Source: Squalus acanthias (Eukaryota). Taken from it: 64,000 bases of DNA. Position 1 is the stretch's first letter; every line of letters starts with the position of its first letter. The notes below the pieces were generated by a model that saw only the letters and a list, made by a program, of their open reading frames with translations, was not told the origin of the DNA and did no database searches. The DNA is taken from contig CM059431.1 in the NCBI GenBank assembly GCA_030390025.1, forward strand, positions 105,898,001-105,962,000. Reading direction: 5' to 3'. A program made the translations under genes and the position numbers. This document shows positions 1-11,335 of the stretch, one piece after another.

Positions 1-607
1 CACCTTTAAGAGGCGGGATAGGCTGTTAAGGCCCTTAAGAAGCACTAAATTGGCTCTATAATGCCATTTTGAAAGGCCTTTGTGATTTTAACCCTTGATC
101 TACGTGAAGCACGCCTGTTCTGAACCACGACTGTGAAACCTGGCGGGAGCACATTTGGATAGCTGACTATCAGCTGCAGGTCCACTATTACAACGGAGAT
201 GTGATGAAGGTAGTAGTAGTATTATTAGGTGTGAAAGTGGACTCTGATGCTGCTGCATTGAAGGTGTTCGGAGACTGCCTGGCCTTTGCTGTGAGAGGAC
301 GTGGATGCAAAATTCTCTCATTCTCTCTCTCTCTCAGCAGACTTCGGGCTGCTGCTCATTTTGCATCCAGCAAAGGTCAGGCAGTCTCTGACCTTCAATG
401 CAACAGCAATGATGACATCATCAGAGGCGACTTTCAGACTGAAAACACTAATTGGTTCATGGGTTCCCACATGCTGGAACTCAATTGCCCAATTAGGTGA
501 AAATTGCATCAATCTCCCACATCCAGTTGCAGACGGGTGGATAACACGAAAAGTGGATAACACGACCCCAACCCGCTCCAGTATCAAAATCCAGCCCTAA
601 TTCACAA

Positions 608-1605
608 CAACCACCTGCATTTATATAGTGCCTTTAATGTAATAAAACATCCAAGGCACTTCACTGGAGGGTTATAAAACAAAATTTGACACTAAGCCAC
701 ATAAGCAGAAATTAGGGCAGATGACCAAAAGCTTGGTCAAAGAGGTAGGTTTGAAGGAGCATTGTAAAGGAGGAGAGAGAGGTAGAGAGGCGGAGAGGTT
801 TAGGCAGGGAATTCCAGAGCTTAGGGCCCAGGCAGCTGAAAGCATGGCCGCCAATGGTTGATTGATTATAATCAGGGATGCTCAAGAGGGCAGAATTAGA
901 GGAGCGCAGATATCTCAGAGGGTTGTGGGGCTGGAGGAGATTACAGGAATAGGGAGGGGCAAGGCCATGGAGGGATTTGAAAACAAGGATGAGAATTTTA
1001 AAATCAAGGCGTTGCTGAACCGGAAGCCAATGTAGGTCAGCGAGCACAGGGGAGATGGGTGAACGGGATTTGGTGCGAGTTAGGACACAGGCAGCAACGA
1101 CCTCAAGGTTACGTAGGGTAGAACATGGCAGGCCAGCCAGGAGTGCGTTGGAATAGTCAAGTCTAGAGGTAACAAAGCCATGGATGAGGGTTTCAGCAGC
1201 GGATGAGCTGAGGCAAGGGCAGAGTCTGGCAATGTTCCGGAGGTGGAAATAAGCGGTCTTAGTGATGGTGCTGATATTTGGTCGGAAGCTCATTTCGGGG
1301 TCAAATATGACACCAAGGTTACAAATAGTCTGGTTCAGCCTCAGATAGATGCCAGGGAGAGGGATGGAGTCATTGGCCAGGGAACGGAGTTTGTGGTGGG
1401 GACCGAAGACAGTGGCTTCAGTCTTCCCAACATTGAGTTGGAGGAAATTTCGGCTCATCCAATACTGGATGTCGGACAAGCAGTCTGACAATTTAGAGGC
1501 GGTGGAGGGGTTGAGAGAGGTGGTGGTGAGGTAGAGCTGGGTGTCGTCAGCGTACATGTGGAAACTGACTCTGCGTTTTCGGATGATGTCGCCGAGGGGC
1601 AGCAC
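608..1605 (-). mobile_element. L2-clade LINE, 5'-truncated (RT C-terminus, 3' UTR and tail)
   Basis: The minus-strand ORF 712-1605 contains FHMYADDTQLY, SRLDYSNALLAG, LHWLPV and LWNSLP, typical of the L2 ORF2 C-terminus. It ends in the ...ataaatgcaggtggttgttg tail. Confidence 0.93.
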
Positions 1606-3596
1606 CTCTGTTTCTTTCTCTATCCTGAAATTTCATGGGTTAAGGAGATAGACTCTTGGTCCCGTCGTTCACCACGGTCCCAGATGCCCTGTTGCCCTCG
1701 CCGCACCGTTTTCAGCTCGCACTCCCGGCAAGTTACGGTGCAAAATGAATTCCAGCCAAAGGGTGAGGGAAAAAGTCTAACTAACTGCGAGATGCCCCGC
1801 TCCAGCAATATCCGGCTCATGATCTTAATCGTTTGTTAATCATTCTCATCTTAACTTACTTTTCCAGGACTTGGTTAGGCCTATGAAGCAGAAAAGCGGC
1901 AATATATTTTAGGACCCGAAGGGTGACACAAATAAAACACCATCCTTTCACGTGGTTCCACTGTTACAGGCACGCTCCACTGTCTCAAACATTTTACTGA
2001 GTAAAATGCATCCGAGTCCACACCAGCAAACTGCTCCCTTTCATTCCACATTCAACAGTGTTAATTTGTCATTGTTGCTCTCAAAGACCATCAGTTTTGA
2101 GTGGCTGTTTTGAGCAACGAAGAAGGTGCAATGGAAGTTTGTGGCTTCTGGAGCTGGGACTCATGGTCCATAATGGGCATAATACAGGAGGACCCTTGTG
2201 TCCCAAATGACCTGCTGTAGACCTGACCTGGAAGTGCTCTGAAGACATTCTTAAGTGCAATCATTCATTACGTTTGTTTTTAGAGGTAAACTCCTTTCAT
2301 TCATAGGAGTAGTGTGCATTCTAAGAAAAAGACAAATAATCAAATCATTTGTTTGATAATGATTTCCATACATAGCAAAGGTCACTGCACTTCTGAAGTG
2401 ATTCAATGGTTGGGGAGCGCTTTGGGACATGTTGAGAGATGGAGTAAGGTGCAACATTAATGCAAGTTTGCTTTTTATTTCTCCCTCGGGGGAATAAAAT
2501 TGACATTTTAAAAGATCTTAACTGCATTTTCTATATGGAATGGCACATCGATGGCTTAACTTGGGATTTGTCATTAGTGAGCATTATGAATTCCTCCTTT
2601 TTTAAAAGTCACTTTGAAGTTCTGGCAATAACTTAGGTTATTCCCCATTATTGGTTTCTCTGTGATAGATTGTGCCTTTCCAAATGTTTGGAGTATTCAA
2701 TGTCACTGGTCTGCAATAAACTACTGTATATTCACAGATAACATATTATACATTGATCAGAGGGCATTATTCGTCCTAAGGGGTGTACAGGCAAAACCAA
2801 TTTAAATTGATCTAACTTTATTTTAAAATACATATTGTGAGAGCCACTTCTCTTTGAAAGAGCAGGGTCACAAATATTATCGATGCCTGAGTGACTCAAA
2901 GTAAGCTAAATATTAGACGCACTTATGTTGAACGTACAGGCAGAAGATAAGATTGGTAAATTCGCCTTCAGCAGAAAGCTTATATATTTCAATATTTTAG
3001 AATTGCCTCTTTTGATTGTGTCTGTGTGTGTCTTCTTGGTGTTCATTAAGAGGTAGGGTGACAGTACCTGTGAATGGAAGAGTTTTTAATTTGCACCTGT
3101 TGACAGCACCAAGGATTGCTGTCCGACATTTGATGCAGCTTCTACTCAGTGAACCAGCGTCCGCTGGGAAGATGACGGTCACTGCCAGAATCCATTTCAC
3201 TTGCCACGCAAGGCAGTCAACAGAGAAAGGAGAACCCTTTCGCCCATTTATCTGACCCGCGTGATTAGGTGCCTGTGGTGAAAGGACAACGTTCTAACCC
3301 AGTGCCATCCAATCCCATGAACAGGATCCCACCTGTTTATTGAGCATCTGAGAACCAACCGATTTTAAAAGCAAAATCCGTTCTCCTCTGTATTTAACAC
3401 ATGGTTGTATTGCGTGGACCGGAGGCGTTTCAGAAGTGTCATGAATCAACATTTTTGTACAGAAATCAGTCTGACCTCTGGGGGTTATTACTACCAGGTA
3501 GTGTCACCAGGAAACATTGGCTTGCAAGAATAAAGCAACACGCACGCATGGTGATTTCCACTTTTTTTCAAAATTTTGCTATTGCTAAGGAATCAA

Positions 3597-4301
3597 GGGA
3601 GGAAAAATTGGGTGTCGCCCCTTTTGGGGTGCTAACTTCACCGGGGCGCTAAAAAGTTAGCACCCCTCCGCCGGAAATTCAGTAGTAGCGCCCCAAGCAG
3701 GAGGCGGGGCACTACTGGAAGTGCTCCAACTCCTGCTTGGGGCACTACAACTGAAGATCGCGGCATTACGTGCAACAGCGCCACGTGCCTTGGCACGTAG
3801 TGTCATGTCATTGCAGGCCTCCTTCCCTTGATTACAGGGGAGGGGCCTAACGCTGCGCGCACCAGAGCCCTGCTAGACCACTAGGGAGCAGGGTGTCATG
3901 AAAACAGCCTGGCACTCGAGAGGAGTGAGCGATCGCGGCCGGCACCCCGAGAAAAAAAGGGGAAGGGGCCAGTTTCTGGCAGTCGTCCAAAAAATATTGG
4001 CCGCCCGACACCTGCCCCTTTAAGTAGCGCCACCGCTGCAAAAACCCCCCCCGACCCTGTCGGACATATCGTCCGTCGATAGCTCAGGGAAGTTTGCGGC
4101 CGGGGCGCTGCGCACGGCGATGACGTCATCGCCGGCGGCGCAGCTCCGCGGGACGTTACCAGCTACCGCCGCCACTAACCTCCCGCTGAATTTCATGGGA
4201 GGCGTTAGTGGTGCCGCGCCCGGGCGCTAAGGGATTTGCGCCCCGTTAGCACCCTCCCGGGGGTGCGAACGAGAGGCGCAAATCAACCCAATTTTTCCCC
4301 C
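3597..4301. mobile_element. GC-rich non-autonomous PIF/Harbinger-like DNA transposon (family B, copy 1)
   Basis: TIRs GGAGGAAAAATTGGG / CCCAATTTTTCCCCC with TAA on the right flank. Repeated GGGCGCTAA-type subterminal motifs. Similar to 47954-48650 and 55311-56044. Confidence 0.75.
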
Positions 4302-4439
4302 TAACTGTCTACCTCTGGGCTGTGGTTGAGATGGAATGTGTTAAGATAAGGTATCCACCCTTAGTCCTCCTCCACAGTATGTCCCTTTGACATGGCTCCT
4401 ACAAAGTATAACTTCACTCATAACTTTCAACACCCTCAA

Positions 4440-4595
4440 AGAAGAAAGAAAGAATTAATTGCATTTCTATAGCGCCTTTCATGACCACCGGATGGCCCAA
4501 AGAGCTTTACAACCAATGAAGTACTTTTTGACGTGTAGTCACTGTTGTAATATAGGAAACGTCGCAGCCAATTAGCCAATTTGCGCACAGCAAGC
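4440..4595 (-). mobile_element. Deu-domain SINE, 3' fragment
   Basis: Reverse complement of the SINE 3' end, including the (tctt)n tail, seen in full copies such as 12517-12980. Confidence 0.85.
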
Positions 4596-4691
4596 CACCT
4601 TTAGAATGTTCTAAGTATTTGTTCGTTCCTTGATTTTTGTGAAAATAACAAGTTCGTGAAAATGTTGCAATGCAAAAATATATGTCCTGAT

Positions 4692-4830
4692 CAATGTTAA
4701 GTTTACGCTGTGTGGCCGCGCGGTGCTCTGTCGCTCCCGCGCAGCCGGTTCACCGGCTTTAAAACAGGAAACACCGCGCATGCGCGGTATTTTGAATGGG
4801 TCGCACAGCCCCTTAAAAAAATCGTAAAGC
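4692..4830. mobile_element. Degenerate copy of the short hAT-like MITE (family C)
   Basis: Shares gctgtgtggccgcgc...cccgcgcag..cc..tcaccggcttt with 42632-42777. The right end is not resolved. Confidence 0.5.
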
Positions 4831-5509
4831 AAAGGGTTGCGTTTGAAGCAGAAAATCAGTATGGACACCATTTCTATGAAGGCACTAAATCGACACTGTT
4901 TCTGCCACTGTAAAATTAACGAGTTAATTCATATGTTTCGATTGGTCCATGAATGAATTTGATAGTTCACAGTGTTTCCCATTGCATTCAAATAATTTTG
5001 GAACTTGATCACTGTAACATTAATTTGATAAATCAGCTCTGCATCATTCCAACTGCCTCCCATGGAACTGTTCAACATATAACGCACTTCAAAGGAGAGA
5101 TCATTTCTTGTAAGGGGTTGTTCGGCTGAACTGACTGTGATTTATTTTTAAAGCTGTGCACAGATTTTGATGAATTCATTGACAGTGAAGTCCCTGATAT
5201 TGACAACACCGCCCATTCATTCACCGGTTAATCCGTCGCCAAGACCACGGGAAGTGGTGGGAAAGTCAAACGAACGTTGGGGCTGCTCAAAGCGGCGGAG
5301 GAAACCTTTTTTTTGTCTGATTCACGCTCCCCCTGAAGCACCTTAGGATGTTTTACTACGTTAAAGGCACTCCCTAAATGCAATTTGTTGTTGTAGTTAA
5401 TAGCAGGGTGGAAACTGAACTATCGAAGCCACCGGGTGGTACAAAACAGACAGAGCATCAAAGCTGCCGAGATCAGCAGGGGTAGAAGGAGCAGCAAGGC
5501 CCCTCCACA

Positions 5510-5830
5510 GCAACAACAACTTGCATTTATATAGCCCCTTTAACAAAGTAAAAATGTCCCAAGGCACTTCGCACGAGCGTTATCAGACAATATTTGACAC
5601 CGAGCCACATAAAGTGATGTTATGACAGGTGACCAAAAGCTTGGTCAAAGAGGCAGGTTTTAAGGAGCGTCATAAAGGAGGAGAGAGAGGTAGAAAGGCG
5701 GAGAGGTTTAGGGGTGGGAATTCCAGCGCTTAGGGCCTCGGCAGCTGAAGGCACGGCCGCCAATGGTGGGGAGAAGGAAAGCGGGGATGCGCAATCCAGA
5801 ATTGGTGGAGCGCAGAGATCTCGGAGGGGG
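5510..5830 (-). mobile_element. L2 LINE 3' end
   Basis: (caa)n tail followed by ttgcatttatatagc...gaccaaaagcttggtcaaagag, as in 608-900. Confidence 0.9.
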
Positions 5831-7005
5831 AGAAACAGAGGGCACAGTTGCGCTGGAGGTAAGAAGGTAAGTTTGCTGTGGAGATTAAGATACCCATCCT
5901 ACTTGTATTGGTAACATTGGGAGCAAGAAGGAAAAAAAAGTATTTTAATAATCTGGCGGGATTCAAGGCCAATAAAAAAGCCAACTAGAAATCTTGCAAG
6001 AAATAGAAAAGCCAGTACCATTAGTAGCCAATCAGACTAGAATTGCTAAGGCTTACCGGTCAGTCTCGATTTATCTTAACCTCTGCTTCTGTGTGAATAT
6101 TTTCAGATTGAATTCCATTCAAACATAACTTTCTTGAAAAGAAAATGAGGTGACCAGCCATGCTGATCAGCACTGTTGCTACTGGTAACAGCTCAGGCTA
6201 CACTGATCATTAACTGATCACCTGCTGCCACTCCACAACAAACCGACAATGCGCATTTGAAGTAAAGTTAGCACAAATTCTACCAGTTAGGCAGTTATTA
6301 GTGATGAACAGGGTGCTGGATTTGTGCCGGAGAACATTCGGTGTGGCACCAGATTAATTAGAGACAAATTGTGAGGTAATTTGTAAGAACTTGTCACTTG
6401 ACTTGGAAGTTCTATACACACCACATCGTGCAAGGAAAATGTCCTTCATCGGCAAGATTCCCTGGAAGCACTGCAGCCGCTGACTCCACATCCATCATCA
6501 TAAGTCGTGTAAGTACAGGTGTAGGATACAGAACGAGTTCTCTTTCTTTATGTTACTCCTCAACCTACAATCTGACAGGCAAGTGACCTTCACTGACATG
6601 TTCTCTCTCGTTGCATAATGTCAGAAGACAATCTCCTAACCTTTCTTTGTGTAAGATAATGGGATCCAAGAGAAAACCAGCCGTCGCCACGTGCCCCGTA
6701 CTTAAATCACAGAAGACTTAAAGTAACGTCGTACAAACGTACTGACCAAAGGACAGACACAAACTTTTACTGGCTGTGGACCATAGAAATTGTAATGAAA
6801 CAATGATAACGTCAAACTTTTTGAACACCACGTTGAACTTGAGTCATTTACATCTTGAGAAGAGCCAAATGTGGCATTTTAAAGAGCGGTACGTCCAAGA
6901 AATATTTCCCCCTGTTCTTTATTGTCACATTTTTTCTTCATCTACCTTGGACCATGCATCAATCCCTAATCTGCAGGGCAGCCAGATAGACAACCTACTC
7001 CCAGG

Positions 7006-7138
7006 CAACGTTCCCTTTAATTTTTTTGGGGGGGTCGCGCGGCCCCTTTAACGGGTTGAGCGGCCCAGTCAAAGGTCCGCGCACGCGCGTTTTTGTTTTC
7101 CAATTTAAAAGCGGCCACGCAGCTTAAAGGGGACGTTG
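7006..7138. mobile_element. Short hAT-like MITE (family C)
   Basis: TIRs CAACGTTCCCTTTAA / TTAAAGGGGACGTTG. 8-bp TSD CTCCCAGG (6998-7005) / CTCTCAGG (7139-7146). Confidence 0.8.
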
Positions 7139-7189
7139 CTCTCAGGCCTCCGTCAATATTGCCATTGAGTTTGACGTTAGGAGATGTTG

Positions 7190-7712
7190 AAGAGCATTCC
7201 CGGTCTGAGATTTCTCTCCTTTGCTGGGGTCAGCACTTCAGTCCATTCAGCTTCTCCCACTCCTCTTCCCAGCTGCCTGACATAGACCAGAACTCATCAT
7301 TTGGAGAACTGAGAGACCCGAGTGTTCATCATGCACCTCGTCACAAAGCACAAAAGGCACCATTGTCCCTTTTGGCATTTAATCACTCCTGCCCTCCACC
7401 CTATCACCGATCTTTCCCTTTTGTTCTTTTCTTGCTCCTCGCCCCCTCCCTTTTCCCCGGCTCTGTATTTGCTTAAAAGCTGTTAACACGTTGTCCTGGA
7501 TATTCACTGGGGCGGATTACGTAGGCCGGGGGTGCGAAGTTTCGGATGAGAAACCTGGAAGTCTGGGTTTCCCCGTATGCTGTGGAGAGAGAAACAGAGT
7601 TTTTCCAGTTCTGATGAAAGGTCATCGACCTGAAACGTTAACTCTGTTTCTCTCTCCATGGATGTTGCCTGACCTGCTGAGTATTTCCAGCATTTTCTGT
7701 TTTTATTTCAGC
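7190..7712 (+). mobile_element. Penelope-like element 3' region, interrupted by unrelated sequence at ~7490-7580
   Basis: Pyrimidine-rich segment followed by CTGATGA..GAAAC and ctgacctgctgagtatttccagcattttctg. The same unit recurs at 25707-26845. The family assignment rests on the hammerhead motif. Confidence 0.65.
7606..7644 (+). ncRNA. Minimal type I hammerhead ribozyme motif
   Basis: AGTT-CTGATGA-A-AGGTC(ATC)GACCT-GAA-ACGT-T-AACT. It has the conserved core boxes, a 5-bp stem II, a palindromic ACGT stem III and an AGTT/AACT stem I. Confidence 0.65.
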
Positions 7713-8214
7713 ACAATTATGTATCAGCAAGGTTGTACCTTCAGAGCCCTTTGGCTTGAACATTAATTGCTAATGCATTTATTAACAGATCAAAAAGCAC
7801 CAACTCTTATATATGAATGAGGATCTTCGCTGACTGATTTAAATGTAACTTGCCTACTTTCTCTGGCTTTTCACCCAAATCAGACATATCAGTCAGTTTA
7901 AAATGTGTTTGTATTTTAAATTATCTGGGTCTGATTTTAGATTTTTATTCTTATTGTAGGGCAAAGTTGCAATTTATGCAGTCGTTTAAAAGTAAAGGGT
8001 ACAATCGAAGTAATATTTGGAATGGAGCTGCCCTTTTCACACTTGGCCACAATGCATTTAATTGCTTTATTTTCACGGGTCAAAGACACTTGCATTGATG
8101 TTCCAAATGGGCAAATTAACAGTGTGGTCTAGTAAAGGCACTACACCACCAAAAATCATCATTATATTGTTCAAAAATCAATTGCCAGACAGGAAAGGGG
8201 CAATATTTACATAA

Positions 8215-8655
8215 AATTATATAGGATTTACAGCACAGAAACAGGCCATTCGGCCAAACTGGTCTATGCTGGTGTTTATGTTCCACAGGAGCCTCCTCCC
8301 ACCCTACTTCATCTCGCCCTATCAACATATCCTTCTATTCCTTTCTCCTTCATGTACTTATGTAGCTTCCCCTTAAAGGCATCTATGCTATTCGTCTCAA
8401 CCACTCCCTGTGGTAGCGAGTTCCACATTCTCATCACTCGCTGAGTAAAGAAATTTCTCCTGAATTCCCATTTGGATTTATTAGTGACTATCATATATTC
8501 ACAGCTCTTAGTTTTGGACTCGCCCATAAGTAGAAACATCTTCTCTACGCCTACCTTACTGAGCACCATCGTAATTTTAAAGACCTCTATCAACAGGTCA
8601 CCTCTCAGTCTTCTCCTTTCTGGAGAAAAGAGCCCCAGCCTGCTCAGCCTTTCAA
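8215..8655 (-). mobile_element. CR1 LINE 3' end
   Basis: Minus-strand ORF 8309-8788 contains ERRRLRGDL...FRRNFFTQRV..MWNSLP..FKGKL, the CR1 ORF2 C-terminus. Confidence 0.92.
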
Positions 8656-9119
8656 AAAATACTTGGCCCCTCTCTGGACAAAAATGATTGAACCAACAGA
8701 ATCCCAGCAAAAGGAGGTTGGAATGGTCGTTGGATTTGTCTGTGTTCTCACCGGCCATGACTCCTGGATACGGTGACAACAGCAACACTTGAATGTGGTT
8801 GAAGCATGTGGAAATTCACAAGAACAAATTTAATTAGTGTTGTTAATGAATGTACTGTTACAGCATTTAAAATAACAAATTTGTGCATGATTGCGACAAT
8901 TTGCAGTTAATATCATATTAGCGCGAAAGTTAACAACAAATATAAGATCAAACCCTGTGTTTTCTAGCGCCAGTGTACTCCTGTCCCATTTTGGCAACAC
9001 TTTCCACAGAATATATTAAACAATTTCAAAGTCCTGTCGGTCTTTTTTGCTTGCATGGGGAAGCAAAAATTAAGTCCAAAACCATTTTTTATTAAATGCT
9101 TATCAGTAGGATAGTACAA

Positions 9120-9417
9120 AACAACTTGTAATTATACGGCACCTCTAACACAGTAAAACATTCCAAGGCGCTTCACAGGAGCGATTATCAAACAACATTT
9201 GACACCGAGCCACATAAAGAGATATTAGGACAGGTGATCAAAAGCTAGGCAGTGGAAGCCACGCCCACTAATGGAGGAGCTAAGGGAGTGGGGGATGCAC
9301 AAGAGGGCAGAATTGGAGGAATGCAGAGATCTCAGAGGGTTATTGGGCTGGAGCGGGTTGCAAAGATAGGGAGGGGTGAGGCCATGGAGGGATTTGAACA
9401 CAAGGATGAGAATTTTA
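9120..9417 (-). mobile_element. L2 LINE 3' fragment
   Basis: Homologous to 608-1000, with an internal deletion. Confidence 0.85.
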
Positions 9418-9424
9418 GAAGTAC

Positions 9425-9509
9425 GGGCCTCTTGCTCATCCCCGATTTTAACCGCTCCACCATTGGCGGCCGTGCCTTCAGCTGCCAAGGCCCTAAGCGC
9501 TGGAATTCC
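9425..9509 (+). mobile_element. Inverted L2 segment
   Basis: Reverse complement of ~9627-9710 in the adjacent L2 copy. Confidence 0.85.
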
Positions 9510-9511
9510 TG

Positions 9512-10322
9512 AGCCACGTAAGGATATATTAGGGCAGATGACCAAAAGCTTGGTCAAAGAGATAAGTTTTAAGGAATGTCTTAAAGGAGGAAAGAGGGGT
9601 AGAGAGGCAGAGGGGTTTAGGAGGGGAATTCCAGAGCTTGGGGCCCAGGCAGCTGAAGGCACGGCCGCCAATGGTGGAGCGATTAAAATCAGGGACGCGC
9701 AAGAGGCCAGAATTGGAGGAGCGCAGAGATCTCAGAGGGTTGTAGGGCTGGAGGAGGTTACAAAGATAGGGAGGAGTGCGGCCATGGAGGGATTTGAAAA
9801 CAAGGATGAGAATTTTAAAATCGAGGTGTTGCTGGACCAGGAGCATTGGTTAGCGAGCACAGGAGTGATGGGTGAATGGGACTTGATGTGAGTTAGGATA
9901 CGGGCAGCAGATTTTTGGATGAGCTCAAGTTCATGGAGGGTGGAAGATGGGAGGCCAGCCAGGAGTGCATTGGAATAGTCAAGTCTAGAGGTAACAAAGG
10001 TATGGATGAGTATTTCAACAACAGATGAACTGAGGCAGGGACTTGGTCGGGCGATGTTACCGAGGTGGAAGTAGGTGGTCTTGGTGATGGAGCGGATATC
10101 TGGTCGGAAGCTCATCTTGGTGTCAAATATGACACCAAGGTTGCGAATAGTCTGGTTCAGCCTCGGACAGTTGCCAGGGAGAGGGATGGAGTCGTTGGCT
10201 AGGGAATGGAGTTTGTGGAGGGGACCGAAGACAATAGCTTCAGTCTTCCCAATATTTAGTTGGTGGAAATTTCTGCACATCCAGTACTGGAGCAGTCTGA
10301 CAAATTAGAGACAGTGGAGGGT
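9512..10322 (-). mobile_element. L2 LINE fragment (ORF2 C-terminus)
   Basis: ORFs 9732-10280 and 9529-9846 contain LNIGKTEAIVFG, RNLGVIFD, SRLDYSNALLAG and GPKLWNS. Confidence 0.93.
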
Positions 10323-11335
10323 CAATCTACTTGGGCCTGACACCAAACTACAATGTCCCGTGGAGCTTGTAATGCCAGCACCGCTTTCTGCTCATGTGAT
10401 AGCTTTAACTTCCTCGAATTTAAGATAAAGCAGACCTGCCAATCTATTGGAAGATAATTAGTAATAAGTGTTGACTTAGGGCCGTGACAAGCTCACACTG
10501 GTTGTCAGACTCTAGCCATCGCCCTCGGCTCCATCATTATCACTTTTAATTAAAATAACATGCTCTCCGTTATTAGCCAGAATTATAAAACGACATAAGT
10601 CAATATAAATTAGCACAGCTTGACTGACATATCATCACGATAACTATTCAAATTAACACCGAAAACATTAGTCAACCAGAAGCTGACAATCTGGCTCAGT
10701 TGGTGAGCATTTCCTCCCCCTCCCCTCGCTGCCCCGTCTCCCCCCCTCCGCCCCACCTCCCCTCAAAAGCATTTCTTCATGCTTGTGATGTAACAGGACT
10801 GACATTAACCATTTTCAGATTCAAAAGTTTCCCCCACCCGCGATGGCGGGACAAATGGAGGAGTCGCCTGATGTGCGGCGACATACACGTCCAGGGCTGA
10901 CAGCAGCCAAGGTTAAAAAGTGAACATTATCCAATGCAGGTGGGAAACAGGCACTCCCCGTCACTATTGATAGACTGCGTTTGCAGGTAATGTCTTAAAT
11001 TGTCATCAAGCGCTGGGCTGAAAGGCTGCCAGATTCATTTTGTGTGACAGCCCATGGACCCGCTGCAGAACTCAGTAGTGACCTTAACGACACACTCTGA
11101 AGGATAAAACTTTTGCATTTATTTTTTCACTGCACCTAGTGATGAATAATGCAGCCATGCACTACCTTCTTTACAACTAGCTCCACACCAGGCAGTCGGT
11201 GAAAAGAACCTTTTCGACTGAATGATCAGGCTGGATGATTCAGCAGTACAGTGACAGTAATCCTAAATTTACTAACAATGTCTTTAGCAAGCCTGTGAGG
11301 GAGAAATACGCAGGCAGCATTTTCTATCGGCCCAG

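Noticed and set aside
180..209. Possible 30-nt exon VHYYNGDVMK (cag|...|gtagt)
   Set aside because: There is no pyrimidine tract, the donor is weak, and no neighbouring exons support it.
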